This document shows, in pieces, positions 50,781-62,830 of a DNA stretch of 64,000 nucleotides (position 1 is the first letter of the stretch; each line of letters starts with the position of its first letter). The notes beneath the pieces were generated by a model, which saw nothing but the letters and a program-made list of their open reading frames with translations, searched no databases and had not been told where the DNA came from. The DNA is from Cetorhinus maximus (Eukaryota): contig NC_135887.1 in the NCBI RefSeq assembly GCF_964194155.1, positions 95,418,001 through 95,482,000 on the forward strand, read 5' to 3'. The position numbers and the translations under genes were made by a program.

Positions 50781-51018
50781 CGACATCACACCTGAGCACT
50801 TCAGGTTGAATATTCTTTTCATTTAGATTTGAGAAATGACAAACACACATAAGAGTATACATACAAGCTCCTGGATGATGAGTTCAGCGTCGATTGTTGT
50901 CCTTCCTTGATGAGCTGCAGCCCTGATTCCTCCTCCTCGCTACCCATCAGTAAACAGAAAGGTGTTTTGCTTTCTCTCTTTATAAACGGTCGTATATTTC
51001 CCAACCCCTCAGTTTTGG

Positions 51019-51585
51019 TGTGATCCAATTTCTATTAATAACACTACAGCAGATTTGAGATAGGGTAAACTCAGAGGGCTAGTTTATTTGCGCCCACTCA
51101 AAATGTGGGAGGGGGTGTCACTCTGTAGCCCCCCTGTGCGTTCATACAATAAACAAGGGATAGAGAAAGAAAGATTTACAAGGCAAAGACCACAGAGCAA
51201 AGAATTATTTTTTCACATGAGTCCAGAATCAAAAGTCCAATGGTGAATTCCTTCACAGAGGCAGACAGGCTGAGCTGATGCTGGATAATTCACTTTTCCG
51301 GTAGAGTTGACTTCCACAATGAGAGGGGCACGCAAAAATGGATTAGTCTAGTAGGCAATGGTATAAAAGTTCAGAAGTCCCAGTAGAAACAGTGTAGATA
51401 TGGGCAGGCATTCAAACCTGGACAGAGCCCCTCTTCTGAGCTGCTGCTTGCTGAATGGAAGATGACGGACTACTTTGCAATACAGGAAGGCAGTATGGCT
51501 GGTTCTCCCAGGGTTTTGGCGGGTGGAGGGGGGAGTCTTGTCACATGACTCTACCAACACTCCTTCGGCTTTGACAATCATCACA
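51019..51585 (-). mobile_element. Possible LTR-like element
   Basis: TGTGAT...ATCACA inverted termini, tttatt near 51083. No TSD. Confidence 0.3.
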
Positions 51586-51599
51586 GATCTATGTAAGAA

Positions 51600-54030
51600 A
51601 GGGACTTTTTAAGCGCACTATCAGCGAGGGGAGACATTGGCCTGAGCGAGACAGAGGCCGAGTGAGTATTATTTGGGAATTTGGTTCAAAGTGGGAATTC
51701 GGTGCATAGGGGAAAAGAGGTGCTTTAGGTAAGGTTTACTGCAAGAAGTGTGACTTAGAATAGAGCTGGGTAATTAAGGGAGTTAGGAAAGGAAAGGAGA
51801 GCCTTGCTCTTTTGCTTCCTGCTTTCTAACTTTGTCAGCCTTTGGGAATTGGTTGTACTCTGCTACAGGAGAAGAAGCTAGTTATTTGGTGAGTATCTGG
51901 TAAGTGACTAAGATTTATTCTATCCCTAAGGTTCAAAATAGTCTAGCAACTGATGGGAACATTAATAAAATAAATAAAAACAAAAGTTAAATATATAATT
52001 GAGTAAAATAATTAGGTAGTTAATTAGAACACATTAAGGATGTCAGGACAGGTGATGTGTCACAGCTGCAGCATGTGGGAGCTCCTGGATGCCAGATTGA
52101 TCCAAGGCAAACACGTCTGCAGTAGCCGTTTGAAGTTTGAGCAGCTTCAGCTCAGAGGTTGAGCTGGAGGCTAAACTACAGACACTGTGGCGCATCAGGG
52201 AGGGGGAAAGTTACCAGGGTTCTTTGTACCAGGAGGCAGCCACACCTCTTAGGACAGTGGCTTCTCATTTGGTTAGGGACAGGAGAGTGTGACTGCGAGT
52301 GTGGCAGGCAAGGGGACTCAGAGGGCAGGAGCACAGGAGCCTCAGCCTTTACTGAGCTGAAGCTGTTCAAACTTCAAACAATTACTGCTGACATGTTGGC
52401 TCTGTTAGTTAATGATGGTATTAACACAATAGAGGGGGATGACCTAAGTCCAGGAAACCGGGATGTGGAAACAGTTTGAGTAGAGGTGGGAAATGGTAAA
52501 GGCAAGAAGTCGCTTGTGAGAGTTGTGTACAGACCCCCTAACAATAGCCATGTGGCAGGGTTGAGCATAAAAGAAGGAATAATCGCAGCTTGTCAGAAAG
52601 GCATGGCAATAATCATGGGAGATTTTAATTGACATATAGACTGGAAAAGTCAGATGGACAAAGATAGCCTAGGTGAGGAGTAAATTAAATGTTTTCAGGA
52701 TAGTTTCTTAGAACAGCATGTTCTGGAGCCAACCAGAGAACAGGCTATATTATATTATACCTGGTATTGAGCAATGAGATGGGAGTAATTAATAATCTCA
52801 TAGTGAAGGCACCCCTCGGTAGTAGCGCCAATAATATGATTGAATTTTACATTCATTTTGAAGGAGAGAGTAGTGGGTCTGAGTTTAAGTTTTTAAACTT
52901 AAATAAGGGCAATTATAAAGGCATGAAAGCTGAGCTGGCTAAAGTGAATTGGCAAATTAGTTTAAAGGATAGGTCAATAAAGATGCAGTGGCTAATATTT
53001 AAAGGGATATTTCGGAATGCACAGAATAGATACATTCCAATGAGTAAGAAAACATCCAAGGGATGGACACACCATCCGTGGTTAACTAGGAAGGTTAAAG
53101 ATAGTATCGCACTTAAAGAAAAAGCATATAATTGTGCAAAGGCAGGTGGCATGTCAGAAGATTGGACAGAATATAAGGAACAGCAAAGAATGACTAAAAG
53201 ACTAATAAGGAGGGAAAAATTAGAGTATGAGAGAAAGCTAGCCAGAAATATTAAAACAATAGTATAAGTTTTTATAATATTTAAAAATGAAAAGTTAGCA
53301 AAGTGAGCATTGGCCCTATAGAAAGTGAGCCTAGAGAATTGATAATGGAAAATAAGGAGATGGCAGATGAATTGAACAGGTACTTTGCATTAGTTTTCAC
53401 CATAGAGGATACAAGTAACATCCCATAAGCAGCTATAAACCAGGAAATGGAAGTGGGAAAGAAAGTCAGGAAAATTAGTCACCAGAGAAGTGGTACTGAG
53501 TAAATTGTTGGAACTGCGGGCTGATAAGAGCCCGGGTCCTGATGGACTTCATCCTAGGGTTTTAGAAGAAGTGCCTAGTGAGATAGTTGATGCATTGGTT
53601 TTAATTTTCCAAAACTCCCTAGATTCAGAAAGGTCCCTTAGATTGGAAGATAGCAAATGTAACTCCATTATTCAAAAAGGGATGGAGACAGAAAGCGGGA
53701 AACTACAGGCCAGTTAGCTTAACACCTGTTGTATGGAAAATGTTAGAAGCTATTATTGGTCTTCCGGGCCAGTATTGATCCCTCAATCCCCACCCCACAC
53801 ACTGTGGCACCTGGCTGCCCCCTCATCGGTTGCACAGTTTCCCAATCTGCTGCTGGGTGGATCCCCCCACCCCGATTGCCATAGAAACCCACAAAATTGT
53901 GGACACTGCATTGTTGAGTGTATTCAAGGCTGAGATAGATAGATAGATTTTTGATTTCTGTGAATCAAGGGATATGGGTTGGAAAGTGGAGTTGAGGCAG
54001 AAGATCAGCCATGATTGTATCGACCAAAGG
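51600..54030 (+). mobile_element. CR1 LINE with 5'UTR and two large internal deletions
   Basis: ORF1 start ~52040 (MSGQVMCHSCSMWE). Jump at ~52375 into the endonuclease (ALLVNDGINT, VVYRPP, MGDFN, PLGSSANNMIEF), then KSPGPDGLHPRVL, then jump after ~53757 to the 3'UTR (53905-54030). Confidence 0.88.
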
Positions 54031-54049
54031 CACTCTGTGCCTGATTGAG

Positions 54050-54480
54050 GCACTAGATATTGGGAAGGGGGGCTTGCTGAGAGCCACCTCCCTGCCTTTG
54101 CTGCTGACCCTTGTGCACCCTATCCCTGCAAAACCTCCCCCCCACCCCCCACACTACCACCACCACCACCAACCATTACTTACCTGTGGCCTGGTTTGTT
54201 CAACATTCCTGGGACTCTGGTGTCTTCCCTTCTGGCAGCAGTAACAGTCTCCCCAGAGGCGCTGCTGAGCACAAGAGCTGCTCGCTCTGATTGGCTGGCT
54301 GGCAGCTTTCAGTCGGCGAAACTTCTGTGCCCCCCTACACCTACCGCCCGGGTCTTGATTCCAGGGGAAGACCTGCTGCTGGCCTCACCACTGCCTGATT
54401 GGCATGTGGTTCAGTGGGCCTTCCGAAAAAAGAGAGTGCGGGGTCTCCCTGGCTCTCCAGCCGGCAGGTAAGACCTCCAC
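54050..54480. mobile_element. GC-rich MITE-like internal fragment
   Basis: ggcgctgctgagcacaagagctgc..ctgattggctggc resembles the interior of shark non-autonomous DNA elements (from recall). No clear termini. Confidence 0.35.
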
Positions 54481-54845
54481 TTGGAGGTTAGGTATCTATC
54501 TGAGGGGGAGCAGATCTGATCTGAGCACTATTCTCACTATCTGAGCACCTGGCTAGATGGCTGGCTGCAGACTTACCTGATTAGAGTCTCTGAGATGCTT
54601 TTGTACAAAATGGACACTTGTAGAAGAGATTTTCTATGAAGGGGAGAAAATAAGGATCAAATCCTATAAAATATTAGCTACTGCACTTATGGCATGCCAT
54701 TTCAAAATATGTAGATATTACTTGTACACAACAATCATCCATTTATGAACCAGTTATTCAAGCTGCAACTTTATAATGCTTGTGAATAAATTGAGTACTT
54801 ATTTATAGAAAAATGCTTTCTCAACAGCACACAATGCAAACTTCA

Positions 54846-54914
54846 TTGTGTACTTTAGTAAATGGTCTGCTTATATTTGTGTACTTTAGAAAATGGCCTG
54901 CTTATATTTATGTA
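54846..54914. repeat. 31-bp tandem duplication
   Basis: ttgtgtactttagtaaatggtctgcttatat x2.2, 2 mismatches. Confidence 0.9.
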
Positions 54915-56747
54915 GATCAGTGCTGGTGACCTGTTTCAAGGTACTAGCTTGGAGGAATAGTATTGTAAGGGAGCTAAATCATCCTCTGCAATGGTGGTTA
55001 TTTGCCCCACTGGGCACTTCAAGTTCAATTGTATATGTTTTACCCCTCTCTCTCTCTATTAGATGTAAATCAAGCCCTTGACAATATATCATCGTTCAAA
55101 GAGACTAGAAGGCCCCTTCCAGTACTCTTGCTCCAAGGTAGTACTTTATGTTTGAAATGTTCTTGTATTTTGTAGGAAAACGTTTAGGCTCCGGAGAATT
55201 TTAATAGGCTTTTCTTTTAATTTTCGTAAGATTCTGAAGGTGGAATTTCAGAACATTTAATGGATGTTTTCCTTTCAGGGGAGATATTAGATGCATCTCA
55301 ATGGATTTAAACTTGGACCAATCCCATCCTGTTAAAATACGGTTCTGAAGTTACTTACCAATGTGCTCTATGCTCCCTTTTAGGCAACATAACAAGAATC
55401 TATGGAAATATTTGTTTTAAAAATGAATGAACAGTGATTGTAGATTTACAGTGCTTTGATAGCATTGGTATATATGGTTTTGGTTTGGTGTGTGAAGGAC
55501 AAAGATAACTTCATGTTTTGAGGAATGTTGAATTGCCCATTAAAAACGTTGTTGCAACTTAACAGCTTACATTAGTTCTGCACAGTAATTCTGTGAAGGT
55601 TATGTAGCCAGGGGGACTTGGTCCAAATTCATTATACTGCACATTCTAGAATAGGAACCACTTCCTAGTGTGCTAATTACACAGCAGCAGTTATAAAGAA
55701 TAGCCATTAGGTTGAGATCAATTCATATTGCAGCAGCACATGTTTGTAATAGAGGCGGGTTTCCAGTTAGGAATGAAAGTATTGGAAATGGATACATGTG
55801 GCCACTGATTTGGTTTGTTAAAGATATAATGGCTGGGATTTGGCCATTTTTTGGCCATCTGACCTAATACCTCCTTAAGTGGCTTGATGCCATACTTTGC
55901 TTTATAATGCTCCTGTGAAATGCCTTGGGATGTTTCATTACATCAAAAGCGATAAATAAATATAAGTGTGACGACAGCAAAACAGATGGGAACTTCTTGA
56001 CCGAGTACATGTTAAAAGTGTGGAGAGTATTCCATCATGCTGCTGACTTGTGCCTTGAAGATGGCGAACAGGTTTTGGTCAGAATCCTGGAACTACCTCC
56101 CTACTATCACTGGATGCACCTACACTAGAAGGACTGCAAGGTTCACAAAGGTGACTCACCCCAACCTTCTTAAATGCAATTGGGAGTTGGCAGCAAATGC
56201 TGTCCTTGCCGGTGATGCTCGCATCCCATGAACAAATGGAAAAAAAGCCTTGATAATGAGAATCATTTGACCATGGAATATCTCGCACCCGATGCTGTCC
56301 TTGCTCGTCGTCCAGAAATCCACGATTGTAACTGCAATAGTTGAACTATTTTCCCCTCTTTTTCCTCTGTACCTGTAAAACATCGGGTTGCTGAGACCAA
56401 CTGTAGCGTGCTCTGTCCCCCTGGACACTGGCTGAAATCGCCAGCTCTGCACACATCTGGACCAGTGGGGAAGTGCAAGGAAAGTATTTTTAAACATGTA
56501 CCCTGTCAAGAAATTCCTACAAAAATTAGACCTGTCAAAATTCCACAAACACATCGAATACATGCTCCACAAACAAATCAGAGGAATGGGAAAGTATTTA
56601 CCATCTACGTTTTAACTGGCACATTTTTATAATCTTTACTCCAACAGCAGTATCTGCATTTTTTGACAGTAAATGGTGGGGTTGTTGCTAGAAAGTGAAT
56701 GCTCAGGTTACAATTGCTGCACCTTCAAACAGATTAAATGTAAATTG

Positions 56748-56903
56748 AAAAGCAAAATACTGCAGGTGCTTGAAATCTGAAATAAAAGGTGCTGAAAATG
56801 CTCAACAGGCCTAGAGTTGTCTGCCAGAGTTCATGACCTGAAACGTTAACTCTGCTACTCCACAGATGTTGTCAGACTTGAGTATTTCCAGCATTTTGCT
56901 TTT
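56748..56903. mobile_element. Old fold-back PLE-terminus insertion
   Basis: aaaagcaaaat...attttgctttt ends, internal gacctgaaacgttaact hammerhead half. TSD aaatgtaaattga (56736-56748) / aaatctaaattga (56904-56916). Confidence 0.75.
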
Positions 56904-57479
56904 AAATCTAAATTGAATCTACTGAGTATTTACTTGTTTCAGCTCTAGAATTGAAGAAAAACATATATTTTTAGCAAAGAAGTTTGTTGTGTAGCATTCT
57001 TAAATCATCCAGCCACATAGAGTTGGAAATAATTATATTCCCCTGATGCTTGAGGAAACACTGATGTTGAGCCATGTAGATAAAGGAGATCCCGGGCTTG
57101 GTCAATGATGGGTTAGTTGATCTTGGTTATGGGGTAGGGTGGTGAGGAGGGGGTGGTTGGAGATGAATCTGGTGCACTTGGGCAGCTCCTGCAACTTCCC
57201 TGATATCCTTGGGCTAGGGAAGCAAGAAACATCACGTTCTTGATTACAATCCGCTGACCTACCCTGAAATGTGCACCTGGCGGGACAAGATTAGGCATGG
57301 TTGGGCATATTTCATGATGAATAGCTTAGTGTTATTCAATTTAACTTTGTACAATTTGGGTGAGGTGCCTAAAAAAATGAAGAAAATAGGGAGGGTCATT
57401 GGAGGTGGAAAACATACGTGCTGGCAGCTGAGAAAAGTCCAGTCCAGACCACATATAAGAGGAAGTGAGATGATAGCAT

Positions 57480-57870
57480 GATAGAAAATGCCTTTCCCAT
57501 CACTTCTCTTTTCTGCTGATCCAAGGCTGAATATCCATATTAGCAAAGCTAAGTTCTTTCTTTCTATTATTCTATCTCTTGCCCCCATAACACTTAATAC
57601 CTGTGATTACCAAAAATCTATCAATCTGAGATTTAAAATGAACTGCTATTTGTGGAGAAGAATTCCAAACCTTTACTAGCCTTTGTTTGTAGAAGTGTTT
57701 CCATGATTGTCAGACTATGCACCCTAATGCCAGAGTCCCCAATCAGTGTAAGTAAACAGAGAGAAACTATCTGTTCTCCTGAAGGTGTGGTTTTATCAAG
57801 ATATTAACTTTCTAAATTCCAGGGAATACAGGCCTAGTTTGTGTAATCTCTCCTTGTAATTTAACCTTTG
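57480..57870 (-). mobile_element. CR1 3' fragment
   Basis: Reverse-complement match to 20013-20420 (aaaatctatcaatctgag, ctagtttgtgtaatctctcc). Confidence 0.6.
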
Positions 57871-57911
57871 AAGTCCCGGTATTTTCTTTTTTATTTCTCC
57901 TCTTTAATCTC

Positions 57912-58072
57912 TCCAAGCCTCCTTCGACAGCATCTTTCAACCTGTGACCTCCACCACCTAAAAGAACCAGGGCAGCAGACGCATGGGAACATGACCACCG
58001 CCTTCAAATTCCTCTCCAAGTCACACACCCTCACTTGGAACTATATCACCGTTACTTCACTATTGTGGATCA
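57912..58072 (+). mobile_element. Family B LINE fragment
   Basis: SLLRQHLST; matches 4015-4170. Confidence 0.7.
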
Positions 58073-58394
58073 AATTGACTTTCTGATGATTTAAAAACTC
58101 TGGTATGATTTGAGCTCAATCCAGATATGAGAGATCCTGTGCTGCTTCAAATCAAATCATGAGCTTCTGCACATTGGGATAGCATGTTTTAGGCAACCAT
58201 TTGAGTCGTCTTAGCCATTTTAGGAGTTCATGTCAAACTTTCAATACACCTCACATCACTTCAGAAAACCATTAACATCAACTGTGCCAGACTGTTTCAA
58301 AACAGACTAAGCTATGAAATAAGTTTTATCTACAGGTACTTATTTACAAAAACAGATGGTAACAGTGAAAAGAAAAACTTCTGAAAGTTGCAAA

Positions 58395-59340
58395 AGGGTA
58401 TTGCTAAATTGAGTGAAGGAGCAAAACTGTGACAGATGGAGTTTAATGTGGGTATTAAGACAGGTCAGTATTTTTTAAATGATGAGAAGCTCAAAACTTT
58501 GGAGAAACAGAGATTTAGGGATCAATGTACAGAAATTGCTAAAAGCTGGTGGTAGAAAAGGACTAATTAAAAGGCTAATAGAATGTTCTCCTTTGTCTCA
58601 AGGGGGCAGGGATGTGAAGGGGTTGACGTTATGTTGCAGTTATATAATTTTCTTGTTCAGCCCCATCTGGAGCACTGTGTTCAGTTCTGGGGACTGAACC
58701 TCTGGAAAGATATACAGGGTATTGGCCTTTGACAAGATGCAATGCAGATTCACTCAAATGACAGCAGGGTGAAAAGGGTTAAATTATGAGTTCAGATTGC
58801 ATGGACTATGTTGACATTTCTTGAGTACAGATGATAAAGCGATAATCCAATATAGGATTGTTTGAGATGATTAAAGGATTTAATAGGGTGGACAGAAACT
58901 TTCCTCTGGTGGGAGAGTACAAAGCAAGGAGGCATAACCTTAAAATTGAAGCAAAGCCGTTTTGGGGTGATTTCAGGAAGCACTTCTTCATTCAAAGGGT
59001 AGTGTAAATCTGGAACTCTCCCCCTAACAGCACTGTGGGTGTACCTACACCACATAGACTGCAGCTGTTCAAGAAGACAGCTCACCATCACCTTCTCAAA
59101 AGCAATTGGAGGTAGGCAATAAATGCTGGCCTAGCGATGCCTATATTCTGTGAATGAATTAAAAAAAACCTGCTGAGGCTGGGCCAATTAGATATTTCAA
59201 AACTGAGATTGACAGATTTTTGTAAGGTAAGAGTATTAAGGGTTACAGAACTAAAGTACTTAGATAGAGTTAAGGTATGGATTAGCCATGATCTAATTCT
59301 ATGGCAGAATAGATTCGAGGGACCGATTGGCCCATTCCCG
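58395..59340 (+). mobile_element. CR1 3' fragment containing a family B 3' end (59010-59168)
   Basis: RDLGINVQKLLK, catctggagcactgtgttcagttctgg, CR1 3'UTR. Insert matches 4183-4348. Confidence 0.78.
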
Positions 59341-59403
59341 TTCCTATGATTAAAAGCTTCCTTTGAAAGTTTGGGACAAACCCAAATGGTTTTTCAGTGA
59401 GAA

Positions 59404-60199
59404 TATTATGATCCCTGTAGAGACCAATAACTTTCAAAAAAAGATGAATTTCCCAAACAACCAACGGAAATAACCAAGGACAAGATTTCAAGTTTTGAGA
59501 CTTTTACAGTAATGAGCAAATTAAAATGATCATAAATCAAATATCATTTAACAGGCAACTAATAGATCAAACTAAAGAAAAGGTACTTTTGCATTAACTA
59601 ATCAATGCAATCGAGATATGACTTACAACTCCTTGCGATGTGCACCAGATTACAATATCAAGTCCCAAGTTACTCCCAGCTTTCCTGCAGGCACTCTCTT
59701 TTCTCCCTGGCACGCCAGGTTGAAACTTCTAGTGCCTTTCAAAAATCATTCCACGCAGCCTGAGTATTCCAGAACCAACTTCCTCCAACAAGGCACACCT
59801 CAGCAACTCCTTGTTCCGTAAACTTTCAAAAGTCCATTCTGTTCTGTTGTCGTCTTTTCAAACAGATAACCAATTCCCCCTAGCACCCTGTTTGGTTGCT
59901 AACACAAAGCCATTTATTCCTGCTCTTCATAGCAGTAGCTGTATTGTCTCTCTCTGTCCCTTAATCTATCTGCAAAAAGTGGCTGTTCCTTTTTTCTGTT
60001 GCGGTGTGAAAACTGGCACTTGATTTTCAACTTTTGATTTGGGTTTCTTTCATCATGGCCACCAGATAACATTGGCCTGTCTCAGGGCAGAGGTGTAGTA
60101 TGACCACCACCCTTCCATCCAGAACATTCTGTTTTACCTTAATTAAAGGAGACATTTTAAAATATAACCGTCATGTAAGGTCCCGTAATGATCTTAACA
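59404..60199 (-). mobile_element. Solo-LTR-like element, terminus shared with 24520-25328
   Basis: tattatgatccctgtagagacc start and cttaaca end. No TSD seen. Confidence 0.5.
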
Positions 60200-60483
60200 G
60201 GGTTTGCATAGGTGTATACCAATGGAGTTATATTTTTACCTCTGTTCCATGGAAAGATGAAAGCTGAAGTAACCAAAAATAAACAGTTATAAAGCATTTG
60301 GCCCAAGACCCCTCTTTGATTGAAAAGCAGCTTCCTCCCTTTCCAGTAATTCTCAGATGCCTGCACAGATGAAATTTCTTGTGAAATAGTCAAACAGGTG
60401 ACAAGCTAATATTCAGCCAAACTCAATTAATGGACAACTTAGACAAATGGATGCCAAGAGGTGTTCGACTTTCAGCAACTTAG

Positions 60484-60554
60484 TAATTAAAATGCTGTCA
60501 ATTATGATAATTAAAATGCTGTCAATTATGGTAAATAAAGTGCTGTCAATTATT
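60484..60554. repeat. 24-bp tandem repeat x3
   Basis: taattaaaatgctgtcaattatga repeated three times with few mismatches. Confidence 0.9.
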
Positions 60555-61204
60555 AAGGTTTTTTTGGCTATTTTGATAAAGGAATCAAAATGGAAGTGAC
60601 TTTTTGTTTGAAAGAAGCTTTTTCAAACTAGAGCTGTTTTTTTTAATGAGTCAAATACTTTATTCCTCCAAAAAGACCCTGTGCAGAAATTATGTTTTAA
60701 GTACCTGATCCCAACAAAGGGCCCTTCGTGACTACAAAGGAAAATGCTGAGCAATCCAGGTATTATACATGAACAATGATGATGTACTGTTTGCTACTGC
60801 ATTTAGATGGAGAGACTTTGGTAAATGCATCGAAATAGGATTTAACTTGGTAGATTTTAACATTCCAAATCAATACATCAATGCAGAAAAGATTGAGAAA
60901 AGCTTGTAATTTTCTGTCTTTATCTTTTGTAGTGGACTCCAGTTTTCTGGGTTTCTTTATTAATTTTAAGTGCTGTATGGAAACACTGTTTTACCAAGAA
61001 GATAAGTCTTCAAACAATTCCAGTTTGTTCCATAATGATATTTAAACATTTAATAATAACTACTGTATTATATTTCATATATAAAAAATATGGCATACAG
61101 GCAGTATGTAACTCATTCAAGGTAAATACTTATACTTAGTTTGAAACAAGACACTTCACTGGCAACAGCAAGTGATTGGAAAAAAAAACAGATTGAACAT
61201 ATAC

Positions 61205-61400
61205 ATTCGTGGGATGTGGGTGTCATTGGCTAGACCAGCATTTATTGCCCATCCCTAATTGCCCTTGAGAAGGTGGTGGTGAGCTGCCTTCTTGAACCGC
61301 TGCAGTCCATGTTGTGTAGGTACACCCACAGTGCTGTTAGGGAAGGAGTTCCAGGATTTTGACCCAGTGACAGTGAAGGAATGGCAATATATTTGCAAGT
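61205..61400 (-). mobile_element. Family B LINE 3' end
   Basis: Near-identical to 31430-31620. Confidence 0.88.
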
Positions 61401-61439
61401 TTGGCAAATGCTATTTCAGTAGATGGCATTAAATTTTAC

Positions 61440-61940
61440 TTTTCCCCATTCCAGCACCATCCTCCTCAGAGTAGATGGTAGTTGTGATACAGCTTTTATC
61501 TGCAATGCAATGTCTTCTCTTTCTGTTCCTGTGCTGTTAACCCTGGTATACTCCAAGAATCTATCCTTGGTCCTCCTATTCCACATTTATATGGTGTCCC
61601 TCAGTGATATCACCCAAAAACAAGGTGTCCAGTTTCCCCACACAAGTTGATGACACCCAACTCCTTCTCATGGCAACCTCTCTTGACCTCTCCACTGTCT
61701 CTAAATTGTCAGACTGTGTAAGTTGCCAAGGCCCTAAACTCTGAAAGCTCCCTTCCTCAATCTCTATGCCTTTTTATCTCTTTCTTCCTTTTAGACACTC
61801 CTTAAAACCTACAGTATACCTCTGATCAAACTTTTGGTCATCTTCCCTAATGTGGCTTGGTGTTAAATGTTGTTAATGCTCCTGTGAAGCATTTTTGACC
61901 ATTTTACTACGTTAAAAGTACCATATAAATGGATGTTGTT
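61440..61940 (+). mobile_element. L2 fragments and tail
   Basis: gatgacacccaactc (DDTQL); ctcctgtgaagca..ttttactacgttaaa tail. Confidence 0.65.
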
Positions 61941-62189
61941 ATTTTTGTCAGTCCTCCTAGCTCCATTGTGAAACAGTGGAAAATTATTCCTTGGAGAACA
62001 TGTCTATTGAATAAGCTACATTGTCTGGATATCAAACCTGATGGGCATCTCTCAAGTGGAGCTTTTTGAACAATGGCCAATATCTCAGAAAAATGTCCCA
62101 ATCATTATGTACTGACACAGGTCACTCAAAAGCAATGGTGCAGATTTGGGGTTACAATGATACTAACTCAGGATGTAATTGTGGTGATT

Positions 62190-62292
62190 TCTACATTACA
62201 ACAATGATTACACTTCAAGGGCACTTCATTGGCTGCAAAATGCTTTTGGATATCCTGAGATTGTGAAAGGTGCTATACAAATGGAAGTCTTT
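62190..62292 (+). mobile_element. DeuSINE 3' fragment
   Basis: tacattacaacaatgattacacttcaa..cttcattggctgcaaaatgctttt..tgtgaaaggtgctatacaaat. Confidence 0.7.
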
Positions 62293-62349
62293 TGATGAAC
62301 CTGAAATGATGGTCTGAATGCTCCACTGCCAATTCTTGTCTGAGTCCTG

Positions 62350-62830
62350 GAATAGGGATCTAGGAATAGGAGTAGCTATTCAGCCTCAGGAGCCTCTTCT
62401 GTCATGCAATTAGATTATGGCTCTCACACCTTTGCTCCATATCCCTTGATGCCCTTACTTAAAGATCTATCTCTGTACTCAAATGCCCAGTTGTCGTACC
62501 TACAGCCTTTTTGGGGGATAGGTTCAGATTTCTACTACCTTCTCTGTGGGGAAAAATGTTTATTGATTTTGACCTTGAAGGCCCAGCTTGAATTTTAAGA
62601 TTCTGACCCCCTTCTCCATATCAAATCTGTTTAATGTTTTACTCACTTCGATGAAATCACATTTCAATCTTTAAACTCAAGGGAGCACAACTTAATGCAA
62701 CCTGCCCTCATGATTTAATCTGCTGCGCTTCAGTATAATTCTGATGAATCTATGCTGCATCTCTCAAAAGCCAATACTATCTATCCTTCCAAAGATGTGG
62801 TGCAGAAAACTGAATGCAGTGCTCTACATC
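62350..62830 (-). mobile_element. Old CR1 3' fragment
   Basis: ataggagtagctattcagcct.. 3'UTR reverse complement; tgtggtgcagaaaactgaatgcagtgctct. Confidence 0.6.

Noticed and set aside
56156-56572. Resemblance of PMFYRYRGK..TIVDF to CDC14 AMVYRYCCK..KIVHF
   Set aside because: Few identities, flanking CDC14 motifs are absent, and the match would span an expected intron position.
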